Below, piece by piece: positions 37,650-47,092 of a stretch of DNA of 64,000 nucleotides. Source of the stretch: Candidatus Tepidifontimicrobium thermophilum (GTDB taxonomy: Bacteria > Sysuimicrobiota > Sysuimicrobiia > Sysuimicrobiales > Sysuimicrobiaceae); the NCBI GenBank assembly GCA_031459915.1, contig JAVKHO010000008.1, positions 1-64,000 on the forward strand. The letters run 5' to 3'. The notes under the pieces are model-generated. The model made no database searches. It was not told the origin of the DNA and worked only from the letters and a program-made list of their open reading frames with translations. Positions within the stretch are counted from its first letter, which is position 1; each line of letters begins with the position of its first letter. The position numbers and the translations under genes are program-made.

Positions 37650-38446
37650 GCCGCGTGTTGGGCCTGACGCTGTTTCTGGGTGGCTGGGAGCTAGCCAGCC
37701 GTGCCCGCTGGCTGGATCCCTTCCTGTTCCCTCCCCCAAGCGGGGTAGGGTGGGTGATCTACGAGCTAGTCCGGTCAGGCCAGGTATGGCCCCACTTCCG
37801 GGTGACGGTCACGGAGGCGCTGGCAGGCCTCGTCCTGGGCACGGGCACTGGGGCGGCGTTGGGCCTGGTGTGCGCGGGCTTCCGCCCCCTGGCGGAGGTG
37901 GTGGAGCCTGCCATGGCGCTGCTGAACGCGATTCCGCGGGTGATCCTAGCCCCGCTCTTCGTGATCTGGTTGGGGATCGGGATGGCCTCCAAGGTGGCCC
38001 TCAGCTTCCTGCTCGTGATGGTGGTCATGTTCTTCGCCACCTACACCGGCATCCGGGAGGTGGACGGACGGCTGGTGGAGCGCGTCCGGACCCTGGGCGG
38101 GGGACGGCGCGAGGTGGTGCGGGAAGTGTACGTTCCGTCCGTGACCGCGTGGGTGGCCAGTGGCCTGAAGGTGGCGGTGGGCTTTGCCTTCACCGGCGCG
38201 GTGGTGGGTGAGTTCGTGGCTTCCAGCCAGGGCCTGGGGTACCTGCTGTCCTTTGCCCAGAGCACGTACAACGCGTCGCTAACGCTGGCGCTCATCGCGC
38301 TGGTGGTCGGGGTCATCCTGCTGCTCTTCTGGGGGTTCGGTTCGCTGGAGCGATGGTGGCTGCGGTGGAAGCCGGAGTACCGAAGCCGCCGGGCCTACCC
38401 GAAGGCCCTCCCGCGGACCGTCCGACCGGCCGAGCAAGTCCCCTGA
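37646..38446 (+). CDS. ABC transporter permease (TauC/SsuC type)
   Basis: PRVILAPLFVIWLGIG, GAVVGEFVASSQGLG. Confidence 0.9.
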   Translation: MSRVLGLTLFLGGWELASRARWLDPFLFPPPSGVGWVIYELVRSGQVWPHFRVTVTEALAGLVLGTGTGAALGLVCAGFRPLAEVVEPAMALLNAIPRVILAPLFVIWLGIGMASKVALSFLLVMVVMFFATYTGIREVDGRLVERVRTLGGGRREVVREVYVPSVTAWVASGLKVAVGFAFTGAVVGEFVASSQGLGYLLSFAQSTYNASLTLALIALVVGVILLLFWGFGSLERWWLRWKPEYRSRRAYPKALPRTVRPAEQVP

Positions 38447-38476
38447 CGCCGGAGCGCCCGGCGGCTTCGGAGAGGC

Positions 38477-38989
38477 TCAGGACGTGGGAGCTGGCTGCCG
38501 GCTGGCCTTAACTCCGAGCCCGCTCCCCAGCAGCACGGCCAGCACCACGCCCGACAGCACGGCGGGCTCCGCGGGCACCGACAGGCCCAGGTGGGGGTCC
38601 AGCGCGTAGGCGCCGGGCCCGGTCAGGCCGACACCTACGGCGACCGCGGCGTTGACCAGCGGGTACTCAAAGCCGCCGTTCTCGGCCCAGAGCCCGTGGC
38701 GGGCATGCACCAGGACGGTGGCCGCCGCCATCACCGGGACCAACAGGACCGGGGCCAGGGGCGTGAGCAAGCCCAGGGCCAGCAACGCACCGCCCACCAG
38801 CTCTGCTAGCCCTGCGGCCAGCGCCCACACCCAGCCCGGCCGGAGGCCCAGCGACTCCATCCAGGCTCCCGTCTGGGCCAGGCCCGCCCCGGAGGGCCAG
38901 CCGAACAGCTTCTGAGCCCCGTGCCCGACGAACAGGAGCCCGACCACCGACCGCACGATCAGCAAGCCCAGGTCCAGCATCGGACTCAC
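38477..38989 (-). CDS. DoxX family membrane protein
   Basis: HGAQKLFGW, ELVGG, GGFEYP, GPGAYALD; AAAGGAGG RBS. Confidence 0.9.
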   Translation of the reverse strand: MSPMLDLGLLIVRSVVGLLFVGHGAQKLFGWPSGAGLAQTGAWMESLGLRPGWVWALAAGLAELVGGALLALGLLTPLAPVLLVPVMAAATVLVHARHGLWAENGGFEYPLVNAAVAVGVGLTGPGAYALDPHLGLSVPAEPAVLSGVVLAVLLGSGLGVKASRQPAPTS

Positions 38990-39100
38990 CTCCTTTCGCC
39001 GTCACGGGTTGGCCTCACGGGACGATCTGTACGGAGCCCTCGCGGGCAGCGAGCTTTACTACGCTGTCCACTTCTGGGTAACGGACCCCCACCTCGCGAG

Positions 39101-39961
39101 CTATTCCCGGGGCCGGCCGGGGCCCCGACCCGGGACGGGCCGCGGCGTGGGTGGCGCGTACGGGATCGGCACGTACTCCACCGACGGCCGACGGGGCCCT
39201 GCTTGTGGGTACAGGGCCATGAGCCGGTGGACCTCCGGGGGCATGTCTGTGGACACACGCAGCCCCAGCTCCCGGGCCTCCTCCACGGTGATGGGGTAGT
39301 CGTGGGTCCACCTTCCGCAGCTCAGGGCGTCCGCCACGGCGTCCGCACGTTCAGGGGGCATTTTGTCCGCCAGCAGCTCCCGGACCGCCGTCCGGACCTG
39401 GCGCAGGGCCTTCTCCGCCACGTCGGCCAGGATCACCGTCTGGTCGTCCACCTCGTTGATGTTCTTGCGCTCCAGCACCTTGAGGACGGAGGCCGCGGGG
39501 TACTGGCCCAGCTGGGGATCCACGGGGCCCAGGACCGCGTGTGGGTCCATGACGATCTCGTCCGCGGCCAGGGCGATGAGGGTGCCGCCGGACATGGCGT
39601 AGTGGGGGACGAACACCGTGACCTTCCCCCGGTGGGCCTGGAGGGCCCGCGCGATCTGCTCCGCGGCCAGCACGAGACCTCCCGGGGTGTGCAGGATGAG
39701 GTCAATGGGCATCTCCGGAGGGGTGAAGCGCACCGCGCGCAGGACCGCCTCGGAGTCGTCGATGTCGATGTAGCGGACCAGGGGGAAACCCAGCAGGCTC
39801 ATGGTCTCCTGCCGGTGGATCATGGCGATCACCCTCGAGCCGCGCGCGCGTTCCAGCTCATGGATCAGGCGCAGCCGCGCGGCCTCCAGCCAGCGCCGCT
39901 GCAGGACGGGCTGCAGGGCCGAAGCGATGAAGAAGAACCACAGGATGTCCAGAGCGGTCAC
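39101..39961 (-). CDS. SDH family Clp-fold serine protease
   Basis: HRQET, ILHTPGG, PHYAMSGGTLIALAAD, WTHDYPI; GTG 39961 after an AGGAGG RBS. Confidence 0.9.
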   Translation of the reverse strand: MTALDILWFFFIASALQPVLQRRWLEAARLRLIHELERARGSRVIAMIHRQETMSLLGFPLVRYIDIDDSEAVLRAVRFTPPEMPIDLILHTPGGLVLAAEQIARALQAHRGKVTVFVPHYAMSGGTLIALAADEIVMDPHAVLGPVDPQLGQYPAASVLKVLERKNINEVDDQTVILADVAEKALRQVRTAVRELLADKMPPERADAVADALSCGRWTHDYPITVEEARELGLRVSTDMPPEVHRLMALYPQAGPRRPSVEYVPIPYAPPTPRPVPGRGPGRPRE

Positions 39962-40132
39962 GGTCCCTCCTCCTGTCAAGCAGTTCCTTTGATGGCCCCT
40001 GCGCCGACGTCGCCCGGGGGCGGGTGGGACGAGTATAGCGCGGATGGAGGAACGGGCAGCCCCGCGCCGGAGCTCCGAGGGGCTGGCGGGGGCCCTCCGC
40101 GGGCCGCGCGGGGACGCGCTACAATACGCCCG

Positions 40133-41071
40133 ATGGGGTTCACGGTGACCGACCTGGCCGACCTGTTGCGGCTGCTGGAGGAGCGGCCGGAGTGGAAGAA
40201 TGCCCTACGCACGGTCCTGCTGGGAGAAGAGTTCCTGCAGCTCCCGGAGCTCGTCCGGCGTCTTGCCGTGGGGCAGGAGCGGATCCAGCAGGAACTGGCG
40301 GCTCTCGCTGCGGAGGTGCGCGGTCTAGCGGAGGCGCAGCGGCGGACGGAGGAGCGGGTGGGGCGGCTGGAGCAGGCGCTGGCGGAGCTAGCGGAGGCGC
40401 AGCGACGGACGGAGGAGCGGGTAGGGCGGCTGGAGCAGGCGCTGGCGGAGCTAGCGGAGGCGCAGCGGCGGACGGAGGAGCGGGTGGGGCGGCTGGAGCA
40501 GGCGCTGGCGGAGCTAGCGGAGGCGCAGCGGCGGACGGAGGAGCGGGTGGGGCGGCTGGAGCAGGCGCTGGCGGAGCTAGCGGAGGCGCAGCGGCGGACG
40601 CAGCAGCAGCTTTCCGGGGTCGTGGGGGCGCTCCGCGTGGTGGAGGCGCGCCTGGGCCGCCTGGAAGACGCGCTCGGGTTGACCGTGGAGGAGCACGCGG
40701 AAGACATCCTGCTGATGGTTCTGGAGGACAAGGGCCTCCGCGTCCTGGAGGGGCCGCACCCGATCCCGGTGGACGGTGAGGGGCAGGTGGACCTGGCAGC
40801 GGTTTGCGAGGACGCTTCGGGCAACCGTCTGACCGTGGTGGTGGAGTCCAAGGCCCGGCTATCCGTGTCTGCGTTGCGCCGGTGGGCTGATCGGGTGGGG
40901 TCTAGCGCGTTTCGGGACAAGCTGCGGCAGGCCGGGCTGCCCGGCCCGTTCCTCGCGTACGCGTTCGGTATCCGGGTGGACCGGGCAGTGGAGCAGGCGG
41001 CTCGCGAGCGGGGTCTGGGTTTGCTGTCCGGCCGCGGTGAGCTTGTCGCCCCGGCCGGCCCTCTGGACTGA
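40133..41071 (+). CDS. Coiled-coil repeat protein with C-terminal PD-(D/E)XK nuclease-like domain
   Basis: [13 protein letters not shown]-terminus; [21 protein letters not shown] repeats; QVDLAA...VVESK motif; TACAAT 7 nt before the ATG. Confidence 0.75.
   Translation: MGFTVTDLADLLRLLEERPEWKNALRTVLLGEEFLQLPELVRRLAVGQERIQQELAALAAEVRGLAEAQRRTEERVGRLEQALAELAEAQRRTEERVGRLEQALAELAEAQRRTEERVGRLEQALAELAEAQRRTEERVGRLEQALAELAEAQRRTQQQLSGVVGALRVVEARLGRLEDALGLTVEEHAEDILLMVLEDKGLRVLEGPHPIPVDGEGQVDLAAVCEDASGNRLTVVVESKARLSVSALRRWADRVGSSAFRDKLRQAGLPGPFLAYAFGIRVDRAVEQAARERGLGLLSGRGELVAPAGPLD
40325..40600 (+). repeat. 63-bp intragenic tandem repeat, 4 full copies plus a partial copy
   Basis: Unit CTAGCGGAGGCGCAGCGGCGGACGGAGGAGCGGGTGGGGCGGCTGGAGCAGGCGCTGGCGGAG starts at 40325, 40388, 40451, 40514 and 40577 (partial); copy 2 has two synonymous changes. 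Confidence 0.97.
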
Positions 41072-41120
41072 GATCCTCCCCGTAATCCTCCGACCCTCCG
41101 GCTCACCCAGTGCGGGCGGC

Positions 41121-41144
41121 TTGTCAAGGTGGGCACCTTGACAA
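41121..41144. promoter_or_regulatory. Perfect 11-bp inverted repeat, candidate operator
   Basis: TTGTCAAGGTG-GG-CACCTTGACAA; contains TTGACA on both strands. Confidence 0.55.
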
Positions 41145-41206
41145 CCCGCCCCCGCACGCCGCACACTGGGAGGACGACGGAAGCAGAGGTGGAGGGGGCC
41201 TGCGGG

Positions 41207-42646
41207 ATGAACAGGACGGAGCGTTCGGCGCGGTTGGAGATCCGCCCCGGAGCCACCGTGCACGCCTCCGACGGCGTGGCCGGGGAGCTGGCGCAAGTGG
41301 TGGTGAGCCCCCGGGAGCGGCGCGTGGTCGCCGTGGTGGTCCGGCTGGGTTCGGGACGGGAAGTGGTACTCCCCGCGGAGGCGGTGGAGGACGCCACGGA
41401 GGAAGCCGTCTGGGTTCGCGGGTCGCTGGCGGAACTGGAACAGCTACCCAACTGGGAGGCGGAGGCCCACGCCCCGGCGTCCCTTTCGTGGCCCGGCTGG
41501 CGTCGGTTGCGGGAGGGCGGCGCCTGGCTCGCGCTGCCGGGTTCCCTGCGGCGGATGGAAGGGCTGCAGCGCCGGATGTCAGGGCCGGCGGAACCCCGCC
41601 CGGACGAGCGGTTGGTCACCATCCGCCGCGGGCAGCGGGTGCTGGCCAGCGACGGCCCCATCGGCCGGGTGGACCAGGTGCTGGTGGACGCAGCCACGGG
41701 GCGCGTGAAGCACTTGGTGATCCGCCAGGGGCTTCTGTTTTCCCGTGACGTCGCGATCCCTGCGGACTGGGTGGGTACGGTGGAGGACGGCGTGGTGGTC
41801 CTAGAAGCTTCCCGGGAGGCGGTCGGGCGCCTGCCCGGCTACCGGCCGGACGACGAGCTGGAGCGGGACGTAGAGGAGGCGCTCCAGCGAGAGGAGCTGC
41901 TCCGGACCCTGGCCATCCCCGTACGCGCCGAGGTGACCGACGGAGTGGTCCGGCTGCGGGGTCACGTCCACAACCGGGCCCTGGCCGGACGGGCGGAGGA
42001 GGTGGCGCGGTCGGTCCCCGGTGTGGTGGACGTACGCAACGAACTGGTGGTGGACCATGAACTCCTGCAGGAGGTCGTGGCGTCCGTGCAGGCGGACGAG
42101 GCCACGCGTCACCTCGTGGGCTACTACCTGCGGGTGCGGGACGGCGTGGTGGAACTCACGGGCACGCTCCCGTCCCTGGAGGCGGCGCGGGCGCTGGAAC
42201 GGGCTATCGCTCGGGTGCCCGGAGTGCGGGGAGTTGCGAACCACCTGACGGGTCTGGACATCCCCCCCAACTGGCGTCAGGTGGTGCAGCCGGAAGTTGG
42301 GCAGGCCGTGTACGCCACGGATCAGGAGGTGGGCCGGGTGGCGTCGGTGGTGGTGGATCCCGACAGCCGGCGGGTGCAGGCGGTGGTGGTGGCCGGCGAC
42401 TTTCCGGACCCGGGGTCCCCACCGTTCTCCGCGGGTCCGCTCTGGGAGCGGCGGGTGGTCGTACCCCTGGAGGACGTGGAGCGGGTGACCCCGTCTGGCG
42501 TGTTCCTGCGGGTGCACGCGGGGGAGGCCGCGGAGCGGCCGGACCTGCGGGAGGAAGACTACCCGCGCCCGCCGGCAGGGTGGACGCCGCCGTTCCCGTA
42601 CGAGGTCCACCAGGTCCGCTGGCCCCGCAAGGCCGAGGCGTCTTAG
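41207..42646 (+). CDS. PRC-barrel and BON multidomain protein
   Basis: Three PRC-like units (V.ASDG..G.V..V.VDP) flanking two BON units (V.DGVV.L.G...A..VPGV..V.N.L). Confidence 0.78.
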   Translation: MNRTERSARLEIRPGATVHASDGVAGELAQVVVSPRERRVVAVVVRLGSGREVVLPAEAVEDATEEAVWVRGSLAELEQLPNWEAEAHAPASLSWPGWRRLREGGAWLALPGSLRRMEGLQRRMSGPAEPRPDERLVTIRRGQRVLASDGPIGRVDQVLVDAATGRVKHLVIRQGLLFSRDVAIPADWVGTVEDGVVVLEASREAVGRLPGYRPDDELERDVEEALQREELLRTLAIPVRAEVTDGVVRLRGHVHNRALAGRAEEVARSVPGVVDVRNELVVDHELLQEVVASVQADEATRHLVGYYLRVRDGVVELTGTLPSLEAARALERAIARVPGVRGVANHLTGLDIPPNWRQVVQPEVGQAVYATDQEVGRVASVVVDPDSRRVQAVVVAGDFPDPGSPPFSAGPLWERRVVVPLEDVERVTPSGVFLRVHAGEAAERPDLREEDYPRPPAGWTPPFPYEVHQVRWPRKAEAS

Positions 42647-42677
42647 TGTCAAAAGACTTGACAATGACGTTGTCACC
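42646..42677 (+). promoter_or_regulatory. Heat-shock operon promoter/operator, HAIR-like CTTGACA-N7-TGTCAcc
   Basis: CTTGACA (42657-42663)-ATGACGT-TGTCACC overlapping a TTGACA -35, plus an upstream TGTCAA arm; directly before hspR. Confidence 0.55.
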
Positions 42678-42718
42678 CTGCTACTGGTGGACGTGGAAAC
42701 TGTCGGCGAGGTCGGGCT

Positions 42719-43039
42719 GTGGCGGAGCGCACCGTCCGGCGGGAGGAGTTGCCCGTGTACGTGATCAGCGTGGCCGCGGAGCTGGCGGGGGTGCACCCGC
42801 GGACCTTGCGGATCTACGAAGCGAAGGGCCTGATCCGTCCGGCCCGACGCAAGCACATCCGGCTGTTCAGTGAGCGGGATGTGCAGCGGGTGAGGTTGAT
42901 CCAGTACCTGACGCAGGAGGTGGGGCTGAACCTGGCCGGGGTCCGGCTGTTCCTGGAGATCCAGGAACGGCACGAGGAGGTGGCCCGGTGGTTGCTGGAG
43001 CTGTGCGACACCCAAACCGAAAGGAGGGGAAGGCGATGA
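42719..43039 (+). CDS. hspR: MerR-family heat shock repressor HspR
   Basis: VYVISVAAELAGVHPRTLRIYE.KGLI.P.R, GLNLAGV. Confidence 0.85.
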   Translation: MAERTVRREELPVYVISVAAELAGVHPRTLRIYEAKGLIRPARRKHIRLFSERDVQRVRLIQYLTQEVGLNLAGVRLFLEIQERHEEVARWLLELCDTQTERRGRR

Positions 43040-43488
43040 GCATTCTGCGGTGGGATCCCTTCGAGGAGCTGCGGGAGATGCAGCGGTCGCTGGACCGGCT
43101 GTTCGACGAGCTGACCGGCCGGCGGCCCGTGCGGCGTCGGGAGCCGCGGGAGCCGGTGGTGTGGGAGCCCGCGGTGGAGGTGTTCGAGACGGACCAGGAC
43201 GTGGTGGTCCGCGCAGAGCTGCCGGGCGTGGACCCCAAGAACGTGAACGTGACGGTCCAGGACAACACCGTCACCATCGAGGCGGAGGCGAAGGAGGAGC
43301 AGGAGGAGCGCGGCCGCAACTACCTGCGGCGGGAGCTGCGCTACGGACAGTTCTGCCGGACCCTGGCGCTGCCTACGGAGGTGAAGGCAGAGGAGGCCAA
43401 GGCCACCTACCGCAACGGCCTGCTGGAGCTGCGAGTGCCCAAGAGCGAACGGGCCAAGCCCAAGCAGGTGAAGGTGGAGGTCCGGTGA
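43036..43488 (+). CDS. Hsp20/alpha-crystallin small heat shock protein
   Basis: WDPFEEL, ELPGVD, RELRYGQF.R.L.LP, YRNGLLELRVPK. Confidence 0.93.
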   Translation: MSILRWDPFEELREMQRSLDRLFDELTGRRPVRRREPREPVVWEPAVEVFETDQDVVVRAELPGVDPKNVNVTVQDNTVTIEAEAKEEQEERGRNYLRRELRYGQFCRTLALPTEVKAEEAKATYRNGLLELRVPKSERAKPKQVKVEVR

Positions 43489-43505
43489 GCTGAGGTCGTC
43501 GACAG

Positions 43506-43536
43506 CTGGGGGCGGCCCCCGAGGGGCCGCCCCCAG
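43506..43536 (+). other. 14-bp perfect GC hairpin abutting the dnaK RBS
   Basis: CTGGGGGCGGCCCC-CGA-GGGGCCGCCCCCAG with no U tract; the stem end overlaps the start of AGGAGGAGG. Confidence 0.7.
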
Positions 43537-43550
43537 GAGGAGGGAGAGAC

Positions 43551-45434
43551 ATGGGCAGGGTCGTCGGCATCGATCTGGGAACCACCAACTCGGTCATCGC
43601 GGCCATGGTGGGCGGGGAGCCGGTGGTGATCCCGAACCGGGAGGGCAGCCGTCTTACGCCTTCCGTGGTGGCCTTCACGAAGACGGGGGAGCGGCTGGTG
43701 GGCCAGATGGCCAAGCGTCAGGCCATCCTGAACCCCGAGAACACCATCTACTCCATCAAACGCTTCATGGGGCGCCGCTTCCACGAGGTGGAAGTGGAGC
43801 GGAAGATGGTGCCCTACAAGGTGGTGGAGGGCCAGCACGGGATGGCGGTGGTGGAGATCCCCGCGGCAGGCCGCACCTTCACCCCGGAGGAGATCTCCGC
43901 CATGATCCTGCAGAAGCTGAAGGAGGACGCGGAGGCCTACCTGGGGGAGAAGGTGGAGGCCGCGGTGATCACCGTACCCGCGTACTTCAACGACGCCCAG
44001 CGGACCGCCACGAAGAACGCCGGGGAGATCGCGGGGTTGAAGGTCCTGCGGATCATCAACGAGCCCACCGCCGCCTGCCTGGCGTACGGGCTGGACAAGA
44101 AGGGTTCGGAGACGGTGTTGGTGTGGGACCTGGGTGGGGGGACCTTTGACGTCTCCGTCCTGGAGATCGGTGAGGGCGTGTTCCAGGTGCGGGCCACCGC
44201 CGGGGACACCCACCTCGGCGGGGATGACTGGGACGAGCGGATCGTGAACTGGCTGGCCGACGAGTTCCGCAAGCAGCACGGCATCGACCTGCGGCAGGAC
44301 CGGCAGGCCCTGCAGCGGCTCCGGGAGGCGGCGGAGCGGGCCAAGATCGAACTCAGCACGATGGTGCAGACCACCATCAACCTCCCGTTCATCACCGCCG
44401 ACGCCACGGGGCCCAAGCACCTGGACATGGTGCTGACCCGGGCCAAGTTCGAGGAGCTCACCGCGGACCTCGTGGAACGGTGCATCGGCCCCTTCCGGCA
44501 GGCCCTGCAGGACGCCAAGCTCAGCGAGCGGGACCTGCACGAGGTCATCCTGGTGGGCGGCAGCACCCGCATGCCCATGATCCAGGAGCTGGTGCGCCGG
44601 CTCACGGGGAAGGAGCCCAACAAGGAGGTGCACCCGGACGAGGTGGTGGCCATCGGAGCCGCCATCCAGGCGGGCGTGCTGGCGGGCGAGGTGCGGGACG
44701 TGGTACTCCTGGACGTGACCCCGCTGTCCCTGGGCATCGAGACCCTGGGCGGGGTGATGACCGTCCTGATCCCCCGCAACACCACCATCCCCACCCGCAA
44801 GAGCGAGACCTTCACCACCGCGGAGGACGGCCAGACGCAGGTGGAGATCCACGTGCTTCAGGGGGAGCGGCCCATGGCCCGCGACAACCGCACCCTGGGC
44901 CGGTTCATCCTGGACGGGATCCCGCCTGCGCCGCGGGGCGTGCCCAAGATCGAGGTGACCTTTGACATCGACGCCAACGGGATCCTGGCGGTGTCCGCCA
45001 AGGACCTGGCCACGGGCCGCGAGCAGTCCATCAAGATCACCGGCACCTCCACCCTGACCCGGGAGGAGGTGGAGCGGATGATCCGGGAGGCGGAGGCCCA
45101 CGCGGAGGAGGACCGCCGGAAGCGGGAGGAGGCGGAGATCCTGAACCGCGGGGACAGCCTCGCCTACCAGACGGAGCGGCTGCTCCGGGACCAGGCCAAG
45201 GTAGTGTCCGAAGCGGACCGGCGGGAGTTGGAACAGAAGGTGGCGGAGCTTCGCCAGGCGGTGCAGGCCCGGGACGTGGCCCGGGTCCGGCAGCTGTCGG
45301 ACGAGGTGCAGCGGCTCACCTACAGGTTGAGCGAGCTGTTGTACCGGGGTGCCGCCACGGGCGCCAGCACCGGGGGCAAGGAGACCCGGGGCGACGGCGA
45401 GGTGATCGACGCGGACTACAAGCCCAGCGACTAG
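43551..45434 (+). CDS. dnaK: Chaperone DnaK
   Basis: [36 protein letters not shown]. Confidence 0.98.
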   Translation: MGRVVGIDLGTTNSVIAAMVGGEPVVIPNREGSRLTPSVVAFTKTGERLVGQMAKRQAILNPENTIYSIKRFMGRRFHEVEVERKMVPYKVVEGQHGMAVVEIPAAGRTFTPEEISAMILQKLKEDAEAYLGEKVEAAVITVPAYFNDAQRTATKNAGEIAGLKVLRIINEPTAACLAYGLDKKGSETVLVWDLGGGTFDVSVLEIGEGVFQVRATAGDTHLGGDDWDERIVNWLADEFRKQHGIDLRQDRQALQRLREAAERAKIELSTMVQTTINLPFITADATGPKHLDMVLTRAKFEELTADLVERCIGPFRQALQDAKLSERDLHEVILVGGSTRMPMIQELVRRLTGKEPNKEVHPDEVVAIGAAIQAGVLAGEVRDVVLLDVTPLSLGIETLGGVMTVLIPRNTTIPTRKSETFTTAEDGQTQVEIHVLQGERPMARDNRTLGRFILDGIPPAPRGVPKIEVTFDIDANGILAVSAKDLATGREQSIKITGTSTLTREEVERMIREAEAHAEEDRRKREEAEILNRGDSLAYQTERLLRDQAKVVSEADRRELEQKVAELRQAVQARDVARVRQLSDEVQRLTYRLSELLYRGAATGASTGGKETRGDGEVIDADYKPSD

Positions 45435-45517
45435 GCGTGGGGCGACGAGACGCGTGACGGGTACCCAAGGCCCCGTGGACGGGTTCTGGGGCCCGGCAGG
45501 CGCGGAGGGTTCGGAGG

Positions 45518-46135
45518 ATGTCGGAGGAGCTTCGGGAGCCGGAGGGCGTGGAGCCGCAGGGGGACGACGTGGAGCCGCCGCAGGCAGGGGCAGAAAAGAC
45601 CGGCGGGGTGGCCGAGGAGCCGGCCCCGGAAGCCGCCGGGGCGGTGAGGCCTGAGGAGGTGGCGGCCCTGCGGGAGGAGCTGGAGCGCTACCGCCAGGAG
45701 GCGGAGCGGAACTGGCAGCAGTTCCTCCACGCGGCTGCGGACCTGGAGAACTACAAGAAGGCCGCAGCCCGGATGCAGCGGGACGCGGTGGAGCGCACCC
45801 GCCGGCAGATGCTGCTGGTGGTGCTTTCCGCCGTGGACGATCTGGAACGGGCCATCGGGTACGCGGAGCGCGGCGCGGACCACGAGCTGGTGGCGGGGAT
45901 CCTGGAGGGGCTGCGGATGACCCACCGGTCCCTGCTGGAGCACCTGCGCAGCTTGGGGGTGGAGCGCATGGAGGCCGTGGGCGAGCCCTTCGACCCCGGA
46001 AGGCACGAGGCGGTGGAGGTGGCCTCCGCAGAGGAGGCGGGAGTGGAACCCGGGACCGTGCTGGGAGTGATCCAGCCCGGGTACGTGCTGGACGGTCGGG
46101 TCCTGCGGCCCGCGCGGGTACGGGTGGCCCAGTAG
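45518..46135 (+). CDS. grpE: Nucleotide exchange factor GrpE
   Basis: ADLENYKK, FDPGRHEAV, GY.LDGRVLRPARV.V. Confidence 0.95.
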   Translation: MSEELREPEGVEPQGDDVEPPQAGAEKTGGVAEEPAPEAAGAVRPEEVAALREELERYRQEAERNWQQFLHAAADLENYKKAAARMQRDAVERTRRQMLLVVLSAVDDLERAIGYAERGADHELVAGILEGLRMTHRSLLEHLRSLGVERMEAVGEPFDPGRHEAVEVASAEEAGVEPGTVLGVIQPGYVLDGRVLRPARVRVAQ

Positions 46136-46156
46136 GGGGCCGCGGACTTGAACGCC

Positions 46157-47068
46157 ATGGAGTTCAAGGACTACTACCGGATCCTGGGCGTAGACCGGAA
46201 GGCCGACAGCAGGGCCATCGGGGAGGCCTTCCGGCGGCTGGCGCGGCAGTACCACCCCGACGTGAACAAGGACCCCCAGGCTGCAGAGAAGTTCAAGGAG
46301 ATCAACGAAGCCTACCAGGTGCTGAGCGACCCCGAGAAGCGCGCCCGCTACGACCAGATGCTGGAGCTCCGGGAGCGGGGGATGCCCTGGGAGCAGGTCT
46401 TCACTCGCCCCGGCGGGGGGCCTCGTCCGGAGGAGTGGACCGTCCTGTTCGAGCAGCCCCAGGACCTGTTCGGAGGGTTCTCCGAGTTCTTCCGCAGGTT
46501 CTTCGCAGACCTGGGTGGGGAGCCCTTCGAGGCGAGCCGGCTCTGGCCGAGGCCGCCGGTGGCCGCCACCGCGGAGATCAGCCTGGAGGAGGCCTTCCGG
46601 GGTACGGAGCGCGAGCTGGTGGTGCGCAACGGCTTCCCGCGGCGGGTCACGGTGCGCATCCCGCCCGGGGTCCGGACCGGGCAGAAGGTCCGGGTGCGGG
46701 GCGCTGCGGACGGAGACGTCTACGTGGAGGTCCGGGTGCAACCCCACCCCGTGTTCACCCGGGAGGGCGATGACCTGATCTGCGAGATCCCCGTCTCGTT
46801 GACGGAGGCACTCCTAGGAGCGGAGATCGAAGTGCCCACCCTGGAGGGGAAGGTCAAGGTACGGGTACCCCCGGAGACGCAGCAGGGTCAGGTGCTGCGG
46901 CTCCGGGGTCTGGGGATGCCCCGGCTGCGGGGCGGGGGACGCGGCGACCTGCTGGTGCGGGTGAAGGTGCTGCTGCCGCGCGGGCTGTCCGCGGAGGAGC
47001 GGAGGCTGGTGGAGCAGCTGGCGAAGCTGCGGCGAGACAACCCCCGGGCCGGAATGGGGCTCAAGTAG
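46157..47068 (+). CDS. dnaJ: DnaJ-class co-chaperone without zinc finger (class B/CbpA-like)
   Basis: KDYY, YHPDVN, INEAYQVLSDPEKR, C-terminal domain; no CxxCxGxG repeats. Confidence 0.88.
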   Translation: MEFKDYYRILGVDRKADSRAIGEAFRRLARQYHPDVNKDPQAAEKFKEINEAYQVLSDPEKRARYDQMLELRERGMPWEQVFTRPGGGPRPEEWTVLFEQPQDLFGGFSEFFRRFFADLGGEPFEASRLWPRPPVAATAEISLEEAFRGTERELVVRNGFPRRVTVRIPPGVRTGQKVRVRGAADGDVYVEVRVQPHPVFTREGDDLICEIPVSLTEALLGAEIEVPTLEGKVKVRVPPETQQGQVLRLRGLGMPRLRGGGRGDLLVRVKVLLPRGLSAEERRLVEQLAKLRRDNPRAGMGLK

Positions 47069-47092
47069 GGGTCGGAGACGAGGTGGAGGCCG

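Noticed and set aside
38990..39100. Regulator box or small RNA upstream of doxX
   Set aside because: Only weak imperfect symmetry (GTCCACTTCTGGGTAACGGAC); not enough support
38921..40132. N-terminal extension of the repeat protein (716 aa)
   Set aside because: Antisense to the Clp-fold protease gene; the promoter and N-terminal motif point to ATG 40133
40325..40600. Tandem repeat as a CRISPR array
   Set aside because: The units are contiguous with no unique spacers, are in frame within a CDS, and there are no cas genes
42640..42720. Canonical CIRCE or exact HAIR before the chaperone operon
   Set aside because: Neither TTAGCACTC-N9-GAGTGCTAA nor CTTGAGT-N7-ACTCAAG is present; only the variant reported above
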